Program-made: the position numbers and the translations under genes
Notes under the pieces: generated by a model
What the model was told of the DNA's origin: nothing
The model's database searches: none
Seen by the model: the letters and a program-made list of their open reading frames with translations, nothing else
NCBI RefSeq assembly: GCF_000017305.1
Contig: NC_009664.2
Location: forward strand, 1,740,001 to 1,772,000
DNA from: Kineococcus radiotolerans SRS30216 = ATCC BAA-149
GTDB taxonomy: Bacteria > Actinomycetota > Actinomycetes > Actinomycetales > Kineococcaceae
DNA: 32,000 nt
Reading direction: 5' to 3'
Part shown: piece by piece, positions 10,619-20,364 of the stretch
Numbering within the stretch: the first letter of the stretch is position 1
Layout: each line of letters begins with the position of its first letter

Positions 10619-11389
10619 GTGGCGACCATCGACCTCAACTCCGACCTCGGCGAGAACACCCCCGACCGCCCGGTCTCCGACGACGCGGCGATGCTGCGGA
10701 TCGTCACCAGCGCCAACGTCTCCTGCGGTTTCCACGCCGGCAGCCCCGAGGGCATCCGCGACACGGTGCTCGCCGCGTCGCGGGCGGGGGTGGCCATCGG
10801 CGCGCACCCCGGCTACCGCGACTACGAGAACTTCGGTCGCGAGCGCCTGGACCTGCCGGCCGCGACCCTGCAGGCCCACGTCGAGTACCAGCTCGGGGCG
10901 GTGTGGGCGCTGGCGCGCTCGGTCGGCGACGCCGTGGTCTACGTCAAGCCCCACGGCGCGCTGTACAACACGATGGCCGTCGACGAGGCGACGGCCTCGG
11001 TGGTGGTCGCGGCGGTCAAGGCCGTGGACCCCTCCCTGGTGCTGCTGGGGCTGGCCGGCGGGGTCGCCCTCGACGTCGCCGACCGGGCCGGGCTGCCCAC
11101 GGCGGCCGAGGCGTTCGCCGACCGGGCCTACACCCCGCAGGGGCAGCTGGTCTCCCGCAAGGAGCCCGGCGCGGTGCTGCACGACGTCGACCTGGTGGCC
11201 CGGCGCATGGTGCGGCTCGTCGAGGACGGCGTGGTCGAGGCGATCGACGGCACGGACGTGGCGGTGCGGGCCGAGTCGCTGTGCGTGCACGGCGACTCCC
11301 CCGGAGCGGTCGGGATGGCCGCGGCGACCCGGACCGCGCTGACCGGGGCCGGGGTCGAGATCGCGCCCTTCGTCGCGGGGGCCCGCTGA
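10619..11389 (+). CDS. pxpA: 5-oxoprolinase subunit A / LamB-YcsF family lactam-utilisation protein
   Basis: GTG at 10619 follows GGAGGG. Motifs are [38 protein letters not shown] and [11 protein letters not shown], all diagnostic of LamB/YcsF. Confidence 0.9.
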
Positions 11390-12192
11390 TGGTGCGCCTG
11401 GCCCCGGAGGAGCGGCGCCGCGAGGCCCGGGCCGCCCGGGCCGCCTACCGGGCCGGGCGCCGCGGACCCACCAGCGGCGTCGCGCCGGGCATGACCCAGG
11501 CCAACCTCGTGGCCGTCCCGGCGGACTGGGCGTTCGACGTGCTGCTCTACGCCCAGCGCAACCCGCGGGCCTGTCCCGTCCTGGACGTCCTGGAGGCGGG
11601 GCGGGTCGAGTCGGCGCTGGCCCCGGGCTCGGACGTCCGCACCGACCTGCCCGCCTACCTGGTCTTCCGCGACGGGGTGGTGGTCGAGGAGGTCCCCGAC
11701 GCGACCGGGTACTGGGACGACCTGGTGACGCTGCTCATCGGCTGCAGCTTCACCTTCGAGACCCCGCTGCTGGCGGCCGGCATCCCGGTGCGCCACCAGG
11801 AACTGGGCCGCAACGTCCCGATGTACCGCACGGACCGGCCCTGCGCCCCGGCCGGGCGGCTGCGCGGTGACCTCGTCGTCTCGATGCGCCCGGTCCCGGC
11901 CGACCGGGTCGCCGACGCGGTCGCGATCACCGGCCGGTTCCCCGCCGTGCACGGCGCCCCGGTGCACGTCGGGGACCCCGCGGCGCTCGGCATCGCCTCG
12001 CTGGACTCCCCCGACTTCGGCGACCCGCCCGTCGTGCGCGACGGGGAGGTCCCGGTGTTCTGGGCGTGCGGGGTGACCCCGCAGGCGGCGCTGTTCGCGT
12101 CCCGCCCGCCGTTCGCGGTGACCCACGCGCCCGGGCACATGTTCGTCACCGACGTGCTGGACTCCGAGTACGACGTCACGGGCGTCTCGTGA
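11389..12192 (+). CDS. DUF1445 / YcsI family putative hydro-lyase (family of D-glutamate cyclase)
   Basis: The ATG overlaps the pxpA stop (TGATG). The region [34 protein letters not shown] is typical of DUF1445. Its stop overlaps the next start (GTGA). Confidence 0.85.
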
Positions 12193-13745
12193 GGTTCCTG
12201 CCCGTCAGCGACACCGCGGTGATGGTCGAGCTGCGCGACCTGGACGAGACCACCCGGTTGTTCACGGCGCTCACCGCCGCCGACCTCCCCGGCGTCCGGG
12301 AGGTCGTGCCGGCCGCGCGCACGATCCTCGTGGTCTTCGACCCCCGCCGGGTGACCCCGGCGGAGCTCGTCGAACGGTTGCGCGCGGTCGAGCCCGCGGC
12401 GCGGGCGGCCGGCGCGGGCCGCTCCGTCACCCTCGACGTGCGCTACGACGGGCAGGACCTGGCCGAGGTCGCCGGCCTCCTGGGGGTCTCGGCGGAGGAA
12501 CTCGTCCGCCGGCACCAGGCGGCGACCTGGACGGTGGCGTTCACCGGGTACGCCCCGGGCTTCGGCTACCTCGTCGGCGACGACGAGCTGTTCGACGTGC
12601 CGCGCCGGTCCTCGCCGCGGACCCGGATCCCGGCGGGTTCGGTCGGGCTGGCCGGGAGGTTCTCCGGCGTCTACCCCCGCGAGAGCCCCGGCGGCTGGCA
12701 GCTCATCGGCCGCACCGACGCCGCGATGTGGGACATCGACCGGGACCCGCCGGCCCTGCTCGCCCCGGGCACCACGGTGCGCTTCACCCGGGTCGAGCGG
12801 GAGCTCGTCCCCGTCCGGGGCCCCCGTCCCGCGCCGGTGGCGTCGCAGTCCTCCGTCGAGGTCGTGAGCCCGGGGATCCAGCTCGTCCTGCAGGACCTGG
12901 GCCGGCCCGGGCACCTCGGAGAGGGCGTGGCCGCCTCCGGGGCGGCCGACCGCGCGGCCCTGCGCGCGGCCAACCGCGCCGTGGGGAACGCCCCGGGCAC
13001 GGCGGTGCTGGAGCTCGCGGGCGGCGGGGCCGCCCTGCGGTTCACCGGCGCCGGGGTGCTCGCGCTGGCCGGGGCGTCCGTCGCGGCGGAACTGCGCACG
13101 GCCGGCGGCGGCCGGCTCCCGGTCCTCCCCGGCCCGTTCGCCGTCGAGGACGGTGACGAACTCCGGTTCGGCGCCCAGAGCGACGGGCTGCGCACGGTGG
13201 TGGCGGTCCGCGGCGGTTTCGACGTCCCGGCCGCGCTGGCCTCGCTGGCCACCGACACCCTGTCCGGGGTCGGGCCCTCGCCGCTGCGCGCCGGGGACCG
13301 GCTGGCGCTGCACGGGCCCGCCGCCGCCCCGCACGCCGTCGACCCCTCCCCGGTCGCCGCGGCGGACCTGCCCCGCGCCGGGCGGACCGTCGACCTCGAC
13401 GTCGTCCTCGGCCCCCGCACCGACTGGTTCACCCCCGCGGCGCTGGAGGCGCTCACCACCCGGGAGTGGGAGGTCACGCCGCGCTCGGACCGGGTGGGGA
13501 TCCGGCTGGCCGGGACCCCGCTGGAACGGTCCCGCGACGGCGAGCTCCCCAGCGAGGGAGCGGTGACCGGCGCGATCCAGGTCCCCCCGGACGGGCAGCC
13601 CGTGCTGTTCGGGCCCGACCACCCGCTGACCGGCGGGTACCCCGTGATCGGGGCCGTCGTCGACGCCCACCTCGACCTCGTCGGGCAACTGCCCCCCGGC
13701 GCCCGCGTCCGGTTCCACCCCCGCGCCCCGTTCACCGACCTGTGA
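12189..13745 (+). CDS. pxpB-pxpC: Fused PxpB-PxpC (KipI/KipA; allophanate hydrolase subunit 1+2-like) protein: 5-oxoprolinase B/C components, also the carboxyltransferase-type domains of urea carboxylase
   Basis: 518 aa. The N-terminal half (about 12189-12800) has [13 protein letters not shown]...[31 protein letters not shown] (PxpB/KipI). The C-terminal half (about 12855-13745) has [26 protein letters not shown]...ANRAVGN...[10 protein letters not shown]...[12 protein letters not shown] (PxpC/KipA). A single reading frame joins them through a Pro/Ser linker. Confidence 0.9.
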
Positions 13746-13753
13746 GGAACCCC

Positions 13754-15481
13754 GTGAAGACCGTCTTGATCGCCAACCGGGGCGAGATCGCCGTGCGCGT
13801 GGTCCGCGCCGCCGCCGAGGCCGGGTTGCGTTCGGTCGCCGTCTACGCCGACCAGGACGCCGACGCCCTGCACGTCCGCCTGGCCGACACCGCCGTGGCG
13901 CTGCCCGGCGACACCGCCGCGCAGACGTACCTGGACGTGGACGCGCTGCTGGCGGCCGCGGAGGCCTCCGGCGCCGACGCGGTGCACCCCGGGTACGGGT
14001 TCCTGTCCGAGAACGCCGGGTTCGCCCGCGCCGTCGAGGCCGCCGGGCTGACCTGGATCGGGCCGACCCCCGAGACGATCGAGGCGCTGGGCGACAAGGT
14101 GACCGCGCGGGCCATCGCCCGCGACGCCGGCGCCCCCCTGGCGCCCGGCAGCACCGCCCCGCTGACCGGCGCGCGGCAGGCCGAGGAGTTCGCCGACGAG
14201 TTCGGGCTGCCGATCGTCGTCAAGGCCGCCCACGGCGGCGGCGGCCGCGGGATGCGGGTGGCGCGGACGCGCGAGGAGGTCGCCGACGCGTTCGAGTCCG
14301 CGACCCGGGAGGCCGTCGCGGCGTTCGGGCGCGGGGAGTGCTTCGTGGAGAAGTTCCTCGAACGCCCCCGGCACCTGGAGGTGCAGGTCCTCGGGGACGG
14401 CGCCGGGGGCGTCACGGTGGTGGGCGACCGCGACTGCTCGCTGCAGCGCCGCAACCAGAAGCTCGTCGAGGAGGCGCCCGCCCCGGGGCTCACGGACGAG
14501 CAGCGGCGGACCATCCACACCGCCGCGCGCGACATCTGCGCCGCGGTGGACTACCGCGGCGCCGGCACCGTGGAGTTCCTGCTCGGCGCCGACGGCACCC
14601 TGTCCTTCTGCGAGGTGAACACCCGGCTGCAGGTGGAGCACCCCGTCACCGAGCTGGTGACGGGGGTCGACCTGGTGCGCGAGCAGTTCCGCATCGCGGC
14701 CGGCGACGGGCCCTCGTTCACGCGGACGCCCGAGGTCCGCGGTCACGCGTTCGAGTTCCGCGTCAACGCCGAGGACCCGGGGCGGGGTTTCCTGCCCAGC
14801 CCCGGGCGGATCGAGCGCCTCCGCGTCCCCTCCGGCCCCGGCGTGCGCTGGGACGGCGGCGTCGAGGCCGGTGACTCCGTCGCGGCCGCGTTCGACTCCC
14901 TCGCCGGCAAGCTCCTCGTCCACGCCGGGGACCGCGACACCGCCCTGGCCCGCGCCCGCCGCGCCCTGGCCGAGTTCGAGATCACCGGGATCGCCACGGT
15001 GCTGCCGTTCTCGCGGGCCGTGGTCGACGAACCCGACTTCTCCACCGCGGGATTCGCCGTAGGGACGCAGTGGATCGAGTCCGAGCTCATGCCGCGACTC
15101 GTTCCCCAGCTGCGCCCGGCGCCGGCCACGACGCCCGTCCTGCAGCGGCTCCCGATCGAGATCGATGGCCGGATGGCGACCATCGGCCTGCCCGCGGCGT
15201 TCCTGGCCGCGCTGGGCTCGGTGCCGGGGACCCCCGAGACCTCCGGGACCCCGGAGGTCCGGGACGACGACGAGCACGAACTCACCGCCCGCACCCCCGG
15301 CACCCTCACCGCGTGGCTCGTCGAGGACGGCGCGGAGGTGACGGCGGGGCAGGACGTGGCCGTCGTGGAGGCGATGAAGATGGAGTCCCGGGTCCCCGCC
15401 CACCGGGCGGGGACGCTCAGCCGGGTCGCCGGCGAGGGGGCCTCCCTCGCGGCCGGGGAGGTCCTGGCGCGGATCGAGTGA
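13754..15481 (+). CDS. Biotin carboxylase + biotin carboxyl carrier fusion (acyl-CoA carboxylase alpha-subunit-like)
   Basis: GTG lies 8 nt after the pxpBC stop, with GAGGAA in the gap. The N-terminus is KTVLIANRGEIAVRVVRA. The ATP-grasp region has KAAHGGGGRGMRV and EVNTRLQVEHPVTE. The C-terminal biotinyl domain reads VAVVEAMKMESRV, with the Lys codon at 15377-15379. There is no carboxyltransferase beta subunit nearby. Confidence 0.9.
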   Translation: MKTVLIANRGEIAVRVVRAAAEAGLRSVAVYADQDADALHVRLADTAVALPGDTAAQTYLDVDALLAAAEASGADAVHPGYGFLSENAGFARAVEAAGLTWIGPTPETIEALGDKVTARAIARDAGAPLAPGSTAPLTGARQAEEFADEFGLPIVVKAAHGGGGRGMRVARTREEVADAFESATREAVAAFGRGECFVEKFLERPRHLEVQVLGDGAGGVTVVGDRDCSLQRRNQKLVEEAPAPGLTDEQRRTIHTAARDICAAVDYRGAGTVEFLLGADGTLSFCEVNTRLQVEHPVTELVTGVDLVREQFRIAAGDGPSFTRTPEVRGHAFEFRVNAEDPGRGFLPSPGRIERLRVPSGPGVRWDGGVEAGDSVAAAFDSLAGKLLVHAGDRDTALARARRALAEFEITGIATVLPFSRAVVDEPDFSTAGFAVGTQWIESELMPRLVPQLRPAPATTPVLQRLPIEIDGRMATIGLPAAFLAALGSVPGTPETSGTPEVRDDDEHELTARTPGTLTAWLVEDGAEVTAGQDVAVVEAMKMESRVPAHRAGTLSRVAGEGASLAAGEVLARIE

Positions 15482-15528
15482 TCCCTCCCGACGTGGATCA
15501 GCGCTGCGTACCTCGCCCCGACAGCGCC

Positions 15529-16065
15529 TCAGCGCCAGCCCAGCGCCGCCGCGACCTCGTCCGTGCTCACACCGAGCACCCCACTGCGCTCCACTGCACG
15601 GTCGGGACCCGTGAGCACCTGCACCGTCCGGGTCTGCGGGGTGATGACCCACACCTCGTCGACCCCCCGCTCGAAGTAGAAGGGGACCTTGGCCCAGGTC
15701 TCGTCCCCGGGCGACTCGAACTCCACGACGACCTCGACCGACGGGACGTAGAGGGTGGCCTCCTCCAGGGGAGTCGACGTCCACCCCATGTCGGGTACCC
15801 GGTAGTCCCGGTCGCCGGTCCCGAGGTTGAACTCCCCCATCGGGAACAGCTCGTGGTCGGCGGCCCGCCCGGCCAGCGCTATGCCGAGCCGGTACGCCAG
15901 CCGTCCGTGGCTGCTGTGCGCGTGCGGAACCACGTGGTAGACCCCGTCCCAGACCTCGTCCCGGCCGTCCTGACCCAACCGGCGCCGTTCAGCGAGCCAA
16001 CCGTCCAGCGCGTCACCGTGGGCGACGACGGTCCGGGACGCCGACCGTTCGACGATGGTGCTCAC
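15529..16065 (-). CDS. Uma2 (DUF820) family PD-(D/E)XK-like putative endonuclease
   Basis: GTG start with a strong [11 protein letters not shown] 5 nt upstream. Family hallmarks are GVYHVVP...RVPDMGW...PSVEVVVEFESPGDE...KVPFYFERGVDEVWVI. Confidence 0.75.
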   Translation of the reverse strand: MSTIVERSASRTVVAHGDALDGWLAERRRLGQDGRDEVWDGVYHVVPHAHSSHGRLAYRLGIALAGRAADHELFPMGEFNLGTGDRDYRVPDMGWTSTPLEEATLYVPSVEVVVEFESPGDETWAKVPFYFERGVDEVWVITPQTRTVQVLTGPDRAVERSGVLGVSTDEVAAALGWR

Positions 16066-16127
16066 CGCTGCCTCCTCCGACGTCGTGGAGCCCTGCCGTC
16101 AGGATGCCATGGACGCCGGGGATGACC

Positions 16128-16679
16128 TCAGCTGTAGACGTGCGGGGCCAGCGTCGCGACGCAGTCCAGGTTGCGGTACTTGTCGGCGAAGTCGAGGCCG
16201 AAGCCGACGACGAACTCGTTGGGGATGTCGTGGCCCACGTAGGCGACGTCGACCTCGACCTTGGCGGCGTCGGGCTTGCGCAGCAGCGCGCACACCTTCA
16301 CCGACGCGGGACCGCGGGAGCTGAGGTTGGCCAGCAGCCAGCTCAGGGTCAGGCCGGAGTCGATGATGTCCTCCACCACGAGGACGTGGCGGCCGGAGAT
16401 GTCGGTGTCGAGGTCCTTGAGGATGCGGACCACGCCGGAGCTCTTGGTGCCCGAGCCGTAGGAGCTGACGGCCATGAAGTCCATCGACAGCGGGATGCTC
16501 ATGGCGCGGGAGAGGTCGGCCATCACCATGACCGCGCCCTTGAGGACGCCCACGAGCAGCACGTCCTTGTCGGCGTAGTCGCGGTCGAGCTCGGCGGCGA
16601 GCTCGGCGATCCGAGCCGCCACCTGCTCACGGCTGAGCAGGACGTGCTCGAGGTCGGTCCCGGCGGTCGCTGCGTCCAC
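16128..16679 (-). CDS. hpt: Hypoxanthine(-guanine) phosphoribosyltransferase
   Basis: GTG at 16679 follows GGGAGAA. The protein is 183 aa with the PRPP loop [14 protein letters not shown] and the C-terminal [16 protein letters not shown]. The longer track ORF (to 16874) would overlap tilS. Confidence 0.93.
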   Translation of the reverse strand: MDAATAGTDLEHVLLSREQVAARIAELAAELDRDYADKDVLLVGVLKGAVMVMADLSRAMSIPLSMDFMAVSSYGSGTKSSGVVRILKDLDTDISGRHVLVVEDIIDSGLTLSWLLANLSSRGPASVKVCALLRKPDAAKVEVDVAYVGHDIPNEFVVGFGLDFADKYRNLDCVATLAPHVYS

Positions 16680-16696
16680 GCGGTTCTCCCGTGTTC

Positions 16697-17683
16697 TCAA
16701 GAGGTCTGGGGGGTGCGCCCGCGGGGCGGTGCCCCGGGCGACAGGACGAGCCTGCCACACGTCCGGACCCCGCTCGCACCCCCCGGCAGGTGCACCGGCC
16801 CCTGCCCGCGCCAGTCGAGCAGCAGCGCCTCGAGGGCGTCGACGTGGGCGGCGGTGAGGGCGCCCGCCGGGCACCCGGCCCCCAGCGCGGCCGCGCGCAG
16901 CCAGCGCCGGCGCAGGGCGGGACGGGCGGGCAGGAGGTCCGCCACGGCGGCGGCGCCGCCGGTGAAGGGGTCGCTCGCGGCGGCGATCTCGTCGAGGGCG
17001 TCGGCGTCGTCGCGCGCGGCGCGCGCGGTGCGGGCCAGGGCGCGGGCCACCCCGGGACCGAGCCGGTCCTCCAGCAGCGGCAGCACGTCGTGGCGCACCC
17101 GCGCGCGGGCGAGGGCCCGGTCGGCGTTGGCCGGGTCCGCCCAGGGCTCCAGGCCCTCCGCGGCGCAGGCCGCGCGCACGACGGCGCGCTCCACCCCCAG
17201 CAGCGGCCGCCGGAAGGGCCCGCGCACCGCGGGCATCCCGGCCAGGCTGCGGGTGCCGGACCCGCGGGCCAGGCCGAGCAGGACGGTCTCGGCCTGGTCG
17301 TCGAGGGTGTGCCCCAGCAGCACCGCCAGCGCCCCCAGCTCCTCCGCGGCGGCGCGCAGGGCGGCGTAGCGGGCGGTGCGGGCCGCGGCCTCGGGTCCAC
17401 CCGTCCGGCCGACGTCCACCCGGGTGGCGCGCACGGGGTCCAGCCCCAGCCCGCGGCCCTGCTCGAGGACGGTGGCCGCGACGGTCGCGGAGGCGGGGTG
17501 CAGCCCGTGGTCGACGGTCACCAGGCCCGCCCGCAGGCCCGCCGCGGGGGCCTCGACGGCGGTGGCGGCGGCGAGGGCGAGGGAGTCCGCGCCGCCGGAG
17601 CAGGCGACCAGGACGAGCCCGCCCCGGTGCGCGCCGGGCAGCTCACGCAGGTCGCGCAGGTCGCGGCGCACCGCGACCCGCAC
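16697..17683 (-). CDS. tilS: tRNA(Ile)-lysidine synthase
   Basis: 328 aa with the PP-loop [14 protein letters not shown]. It sits in the conserved tilS-hpt order. Confidence 0.9.
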   Translation of the reverse strand: MRVAVRRDLRDLRELPGAHRGGLVLVACSGGADSLALAAATAVEAPAAGLRAGLVTVDHGLHPASATVAATVLEQGRGLGLDPVRATRVDVGRTGGPEAAARTARYAALRAAAEELGALAVLLGHTLDDQAETVLLGLARGSGTRSLAGMPAVRGPFRRPLLGVERAVVRAACAAEGLEPWADPANADRALARARVRHDVLPLLEDRLGPGVARALARTARAARDDADALDEIAAASDPFTGGAAAVADLLPARPALRRRWLRAAALGAGCPAGALTAAHVDALEALLLDWRGQGPVHLPGGASGVRTCGRLVLSPGAPPRGRTPQTS

Positions 17684-17709
17684 GGCCGCGACCGCGGCGG
17701 GGGGCCCGC

Positions 17710-18867
17710 TCAGCCGTGCACCCGCGCGACCCAGGCGGCGGGGTCGGCGATCTCCGCGGGCAGCGGGAGGTGGTCGGGGGCGGTCCAGACGACGTTCAGC
17801 CCCTCCCAGCCGACGCGCCCGACGACGTCGCGGACGAACCGGGCCCCGTCGGCGTACTGCCGGGTCTTGGCGTCCAGCCCGAGCAGGCGCCGCACGACCT
17901 GGTCCAGGGAGCCGCGCCCCTTGCGGCGCTGGGTGAAGCGGGCCCGGATCCGGGCGACGGAGGGGACGACCCGCGGCCCGACGTCGTCCATGACGACGTC
18001 GGCGTGCCCCTCCAGCAGCGACATGACCGCCACCAGCCGGGAGACCCGCTCGCGCTGGCCGGGGGTCTGCAGGAGGTCCGCGACGCCGACCCCGCTGCCC
18101 CCGCCCGTGCCGCGCAGGACGTCGGGCAGCGAGCGCACCACCCCGCCGAGGCGCTCGCCGAGGTCGCGGGGCTGGGCGAGCAGGTCGACCGAGAGCTCGC
18201 GGGCCTCGGCGGTGATCCAGCGCCGCAGCCAGGGGTGGGCGCCGAACTGCAGCCGGTGCGCCTCCTCGTGCAGGCAGACCCAGCGCCGGAAGTCGTGCGG
18301 GTCGACCTGCAGGTCGCGCTCGACCTGGACGACGTTGGGCGCGACGAGCAGCAGCCGCCCGGGCCGGTCCTCGTCGACGCCGGAGAACACGTCGAACTGG
18401 CCCAGGACCCGGCTGGAGAGGAACGACAGCAGGCTGCCGAGCTCGGCGCCGGTGGCCTGGCGCCCGACGGCGGTGGCGGCGCGGTCCACCGCGCCCGCTC
18501 CCCCGCCGGGACGCTGGGGGACGACGACGGGGCCCAGCAGGGAGCGGAAGGCCTCGACGTTGGCGCGGGCCCAGGAGGCGCGGTCCACGACGAGGGCCGG
18601 GGGCACCGGCTCGGGGGCGCTCAGGTGGGCGGTGTCGGCGACGGGCCCGGCGGCCTCAGCGGCGGCCAGGCGCAGCTCGGCGACGACGTCGTCGATCTCG
18701 TCGCGGCCCAGCTTCGGGCCCGGGCGCGCGAGACGGCCGGCGACCTGGGCGGCGAGGTCGAAGTCGACGAGGTCGACGACGGCGCGCCCGGCCGTCCCCG
18801 CCGGCTGCTCCTCGCGGGTCGTGACGCCGCCCGCGCCGCCGGTTCCGGGGTCCCCCTCTGAACGCAT
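17710..18867 (-). CDS. Zinc-dependent metalloprotease (DUF2342-type conserved actinobacterial hydrolase)
   Basis: 385 aa with an HExxH site within [17 protein letters not shown]. Its position between dacB and tilS matches the Rv3626c-type arrangement. Confidence 0.8.
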   Translation of the reverse strand: MRSEGDPGTGGAGGVTTREEQPAGTAGRAVVDLVDFDLAAQVAGRLARPGPKLGRDEIDDVVAELRLAAAEAAGPVADTAHLSAPEPVPPALVVDRASWARANVEAFRSLLGPVVVPQRPGGGAGAVDRAATAVGRQATGAELGSLLSFLSSRVLGQFDVFSGVDEDRPGRLLLVAPNVVQVERDLQVDPHDFRRWVCLHEEAHRLQFGAHPWLRRWITAEARELSVDLLAQPRDLGERLGGVVRSLPDVLRGTGGGSGVGVADLLQTPGQRERVSRLVAVMSLLEGHADVVMDDVGPRVVPSVARIRARFTQRRKGRGSLDQVVRRLLGLDAKTRQYADGARFVRDVVGRVGWEGLNVVWTAPDHLPLPAEIADPAAWVARVHG

Positions 18868-18927
18868 GCCCGCACCGTACGCGGCGGGTCACCGGACCGT
18901 GACCGGACCTCCGCCGGACGGGTCGCG

Positions 18928-20364
18928 TCAGCGGCAGCCGCAGCCGGCGAGGGCCGCCGCGAACCGGTCCTGGGCCCGGCGCGCGGCCAGCGAGGCACCG
19001 GGCGCCACGCCGTCGGACATCACGGCGAAGGCGAGGAGGCGGCCGTCGGCGTCGCGCACGTAGCCGGCGAGGCTGCTGACCCCGGTGAGGGTGCCCGTCT
19101 TCGCCCGCACGACCCCCGCCGCGGACGCCGAGCCGGGTTCGGCGTAGCGCTCGAGCAGGGTGCCGCTGACCCCGGCGACGGGCAGGCCCGCGGCGGCGGC
19201 GCCCAGCTCGGGGTGCTCCCCGCCGGCCACCAGGGTGAGGACGTCGGTGACGACCCGGGCGGGGACACGGGTGGCGCGGCCCAGGCCGCTGCCGCCCTGC
19301 AGCGACGTCCCGGTGACGTCGACGCCGAGGGCGGCGACCTGGTCCACGACGGCGCGGGAGGCGTCGTCGAAGGTGGCGGGGCGGTCGGCGGCCAGCGCCA
19401 CCCGGCGGGTCAGGACCTCGGCGAGGGTGTTGTCGCTGGCGGTGAGCATGAGCTCGACCTGCTCGGCGGTCGTGGCGGACTCGACGCTGGCGAGGGTCGC
19501 GGCGCCGGGGACGGCGGCGGCGCGCACGACCGGCCCGGCGCCCTGGTCGAGGACCTGGACGCCGTGGGCGGCGAGGGCGGCGGCGAAGGTGCGGGCCGCG
19601 GCGAGCGCGGGGTCGCCCGTGCGGGGCGCGGTCTCGCCCTCGGCGAGGCGGCCCTCGTCCACGGCGAGCGGGGCGACGGGCATGACGAACCCGGCGGCGA
19701 CGTCCCCGCTGCCCCAGCCGGGGGAGGTCGCGGGCCCGGTGAAGGAGGCGTCGTCGAGGCGGACGGCGACGGCGGTGCGCCCGGCGGCGAGCAGCTCGGC
19801 GGCGGTCGCGGCGGCGAGGTCGTCGAGGCCGGCGTGGCCGTCGACGGCGTCGGGGTCCCCCGCCCCGGCGGCCAGCAGCACGTCCCCGCCGGCGACGAGG
19901 ACGACCTCGTCGGGGGTCGCGCCGTCGACGACGCTGGTGGTGGCCCGGGAGGTGGGTCCGAGGGTGTGCAGCGCGGCGACGGCGGTGAGGAGCTTGGCGA
20001 CCGAGGCGGGGGTGCGGGGGACGTCGGCGGCGGTGGCGAGGAGGGTCTCGCCGGTCAGCGCGTCCACGACGCTGGTGGAGACGGAGGCGCCCAGGGCGGG
20101 GTCGGCGAGCAGCGGCGCCACGACGCCGCCGAGGGCGGCGGGGTCGGGCCGGGGGGCGTCGGGGTCGAGCGCGGGCAGCACCGGCGGGGTGTCGGCCTGC
20201 GTCGGACGGGTGGCTCCGGGGGCCGTGGGCAGCGGGGCCGCGGTGGGCGGGGCGGTGGTGGTCAGCGGGCCGGGCACGGCCCCGGTCGCGTCCAGCCCGG
20301 CGTAGCCGCCCGCGAGCACGAGGACCGCGGTGGCTGCGGCGACGGCGGTGGCGGCCTTGCGCAC
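18928..20364 (-). CDS. dacB: D-alanyl-D-alanine carboxypeptidase/endopeptidase, PBP4 (peptidase S13) family
   Basis: GTG start with a GGAGGA RBS and an N-terminal signal/anchor [11 protein letters not shown]. Motifs are SxxK (SVAKLLT), SxN (SDNTLAE) and KTG (AKTGTLTG). Confidence 0.88.
   Translation of the reverse strand: MRKAATAVAAATAVLVLAGGYAGLDATGAVPGPLTTTAPPTAAPLPTAPGATRPTQADTPPVLPALDPDAPRPDPAALGGVVAPLLADPALGASVSTSVVDALTGETLLATAADVPRTPASVAKLLTAVAALHTLGPTSRATTSVVDGATPDEVVLVAGGDVLLAAGAGDPDAVDGHAGLDDLAAATAAELLAAGRTAVAVRLDDASFTGPATSPGWGSGDVAAGFVMPVAPLAVDEGRLAEGETAPRTGDPALAAARTFAAALAAHGVQVLDQGAGPVVRAAAVPGAATLASVESATTAEQVELMLTASDNTLAEVLTRRVALAADRPATFDDASRAVVDQVAALGVDVTGTSLQGGSGLGRATRVPARVVTDVLTLVAGGEHPELGAAAAGLPVAGVSGTLLERYAEPGSASAAGVVRAKTGTLTGVSSLAGYVRDADGRLLAFAVMSDGVAPGASLAARRAQDRFAAALAGCGCR

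Noticed and set aside
12189-13745. Interpreting the KipI/KipA-like fusion as a sporulation histidine-kinase inhibitor / anti-inhibitor pair
   Set aside because: The context (PxpA, DUF1445, permease, BC-BCCP) points to an enzymatic role. The more recent biochemical assignment of the family is 5-oxoprolinase or carboxyltransferase. No sporulation kinase context is visible.
12671-15784. 1037-aa minus-strand ORF
   Set aside because: It is antisense to the PxpC half and the whole BC-BCCP gene, both of which have unambiguous motifs. Its translation is low-complexity Arg/Gly/Pro.
8318-16127. Calling the hpt-ftsH insert a mobile genomic island
   Set aside because: I found no integrase, transposase, tRNA target, flanking direct repeats or visible composition shift. 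Only the break in synteny is supported, and it is reported as such.
16691-19063. 790-aa plus-strand ORF, and 18656..20584(-) 642 aa, 19213..20556(+) 447 aa, 22348..24258(-) 636 aa, 11655..13718(-) 687 aa
   Set aside because: All are antisense to or frame-shifted from genes with clear catalytic motifs (tilS, Zn-protease, dacB, GGDEF-EAL, pxp genes). All translate to low-complexity Arg/Gly/Pro/Ala sequence.
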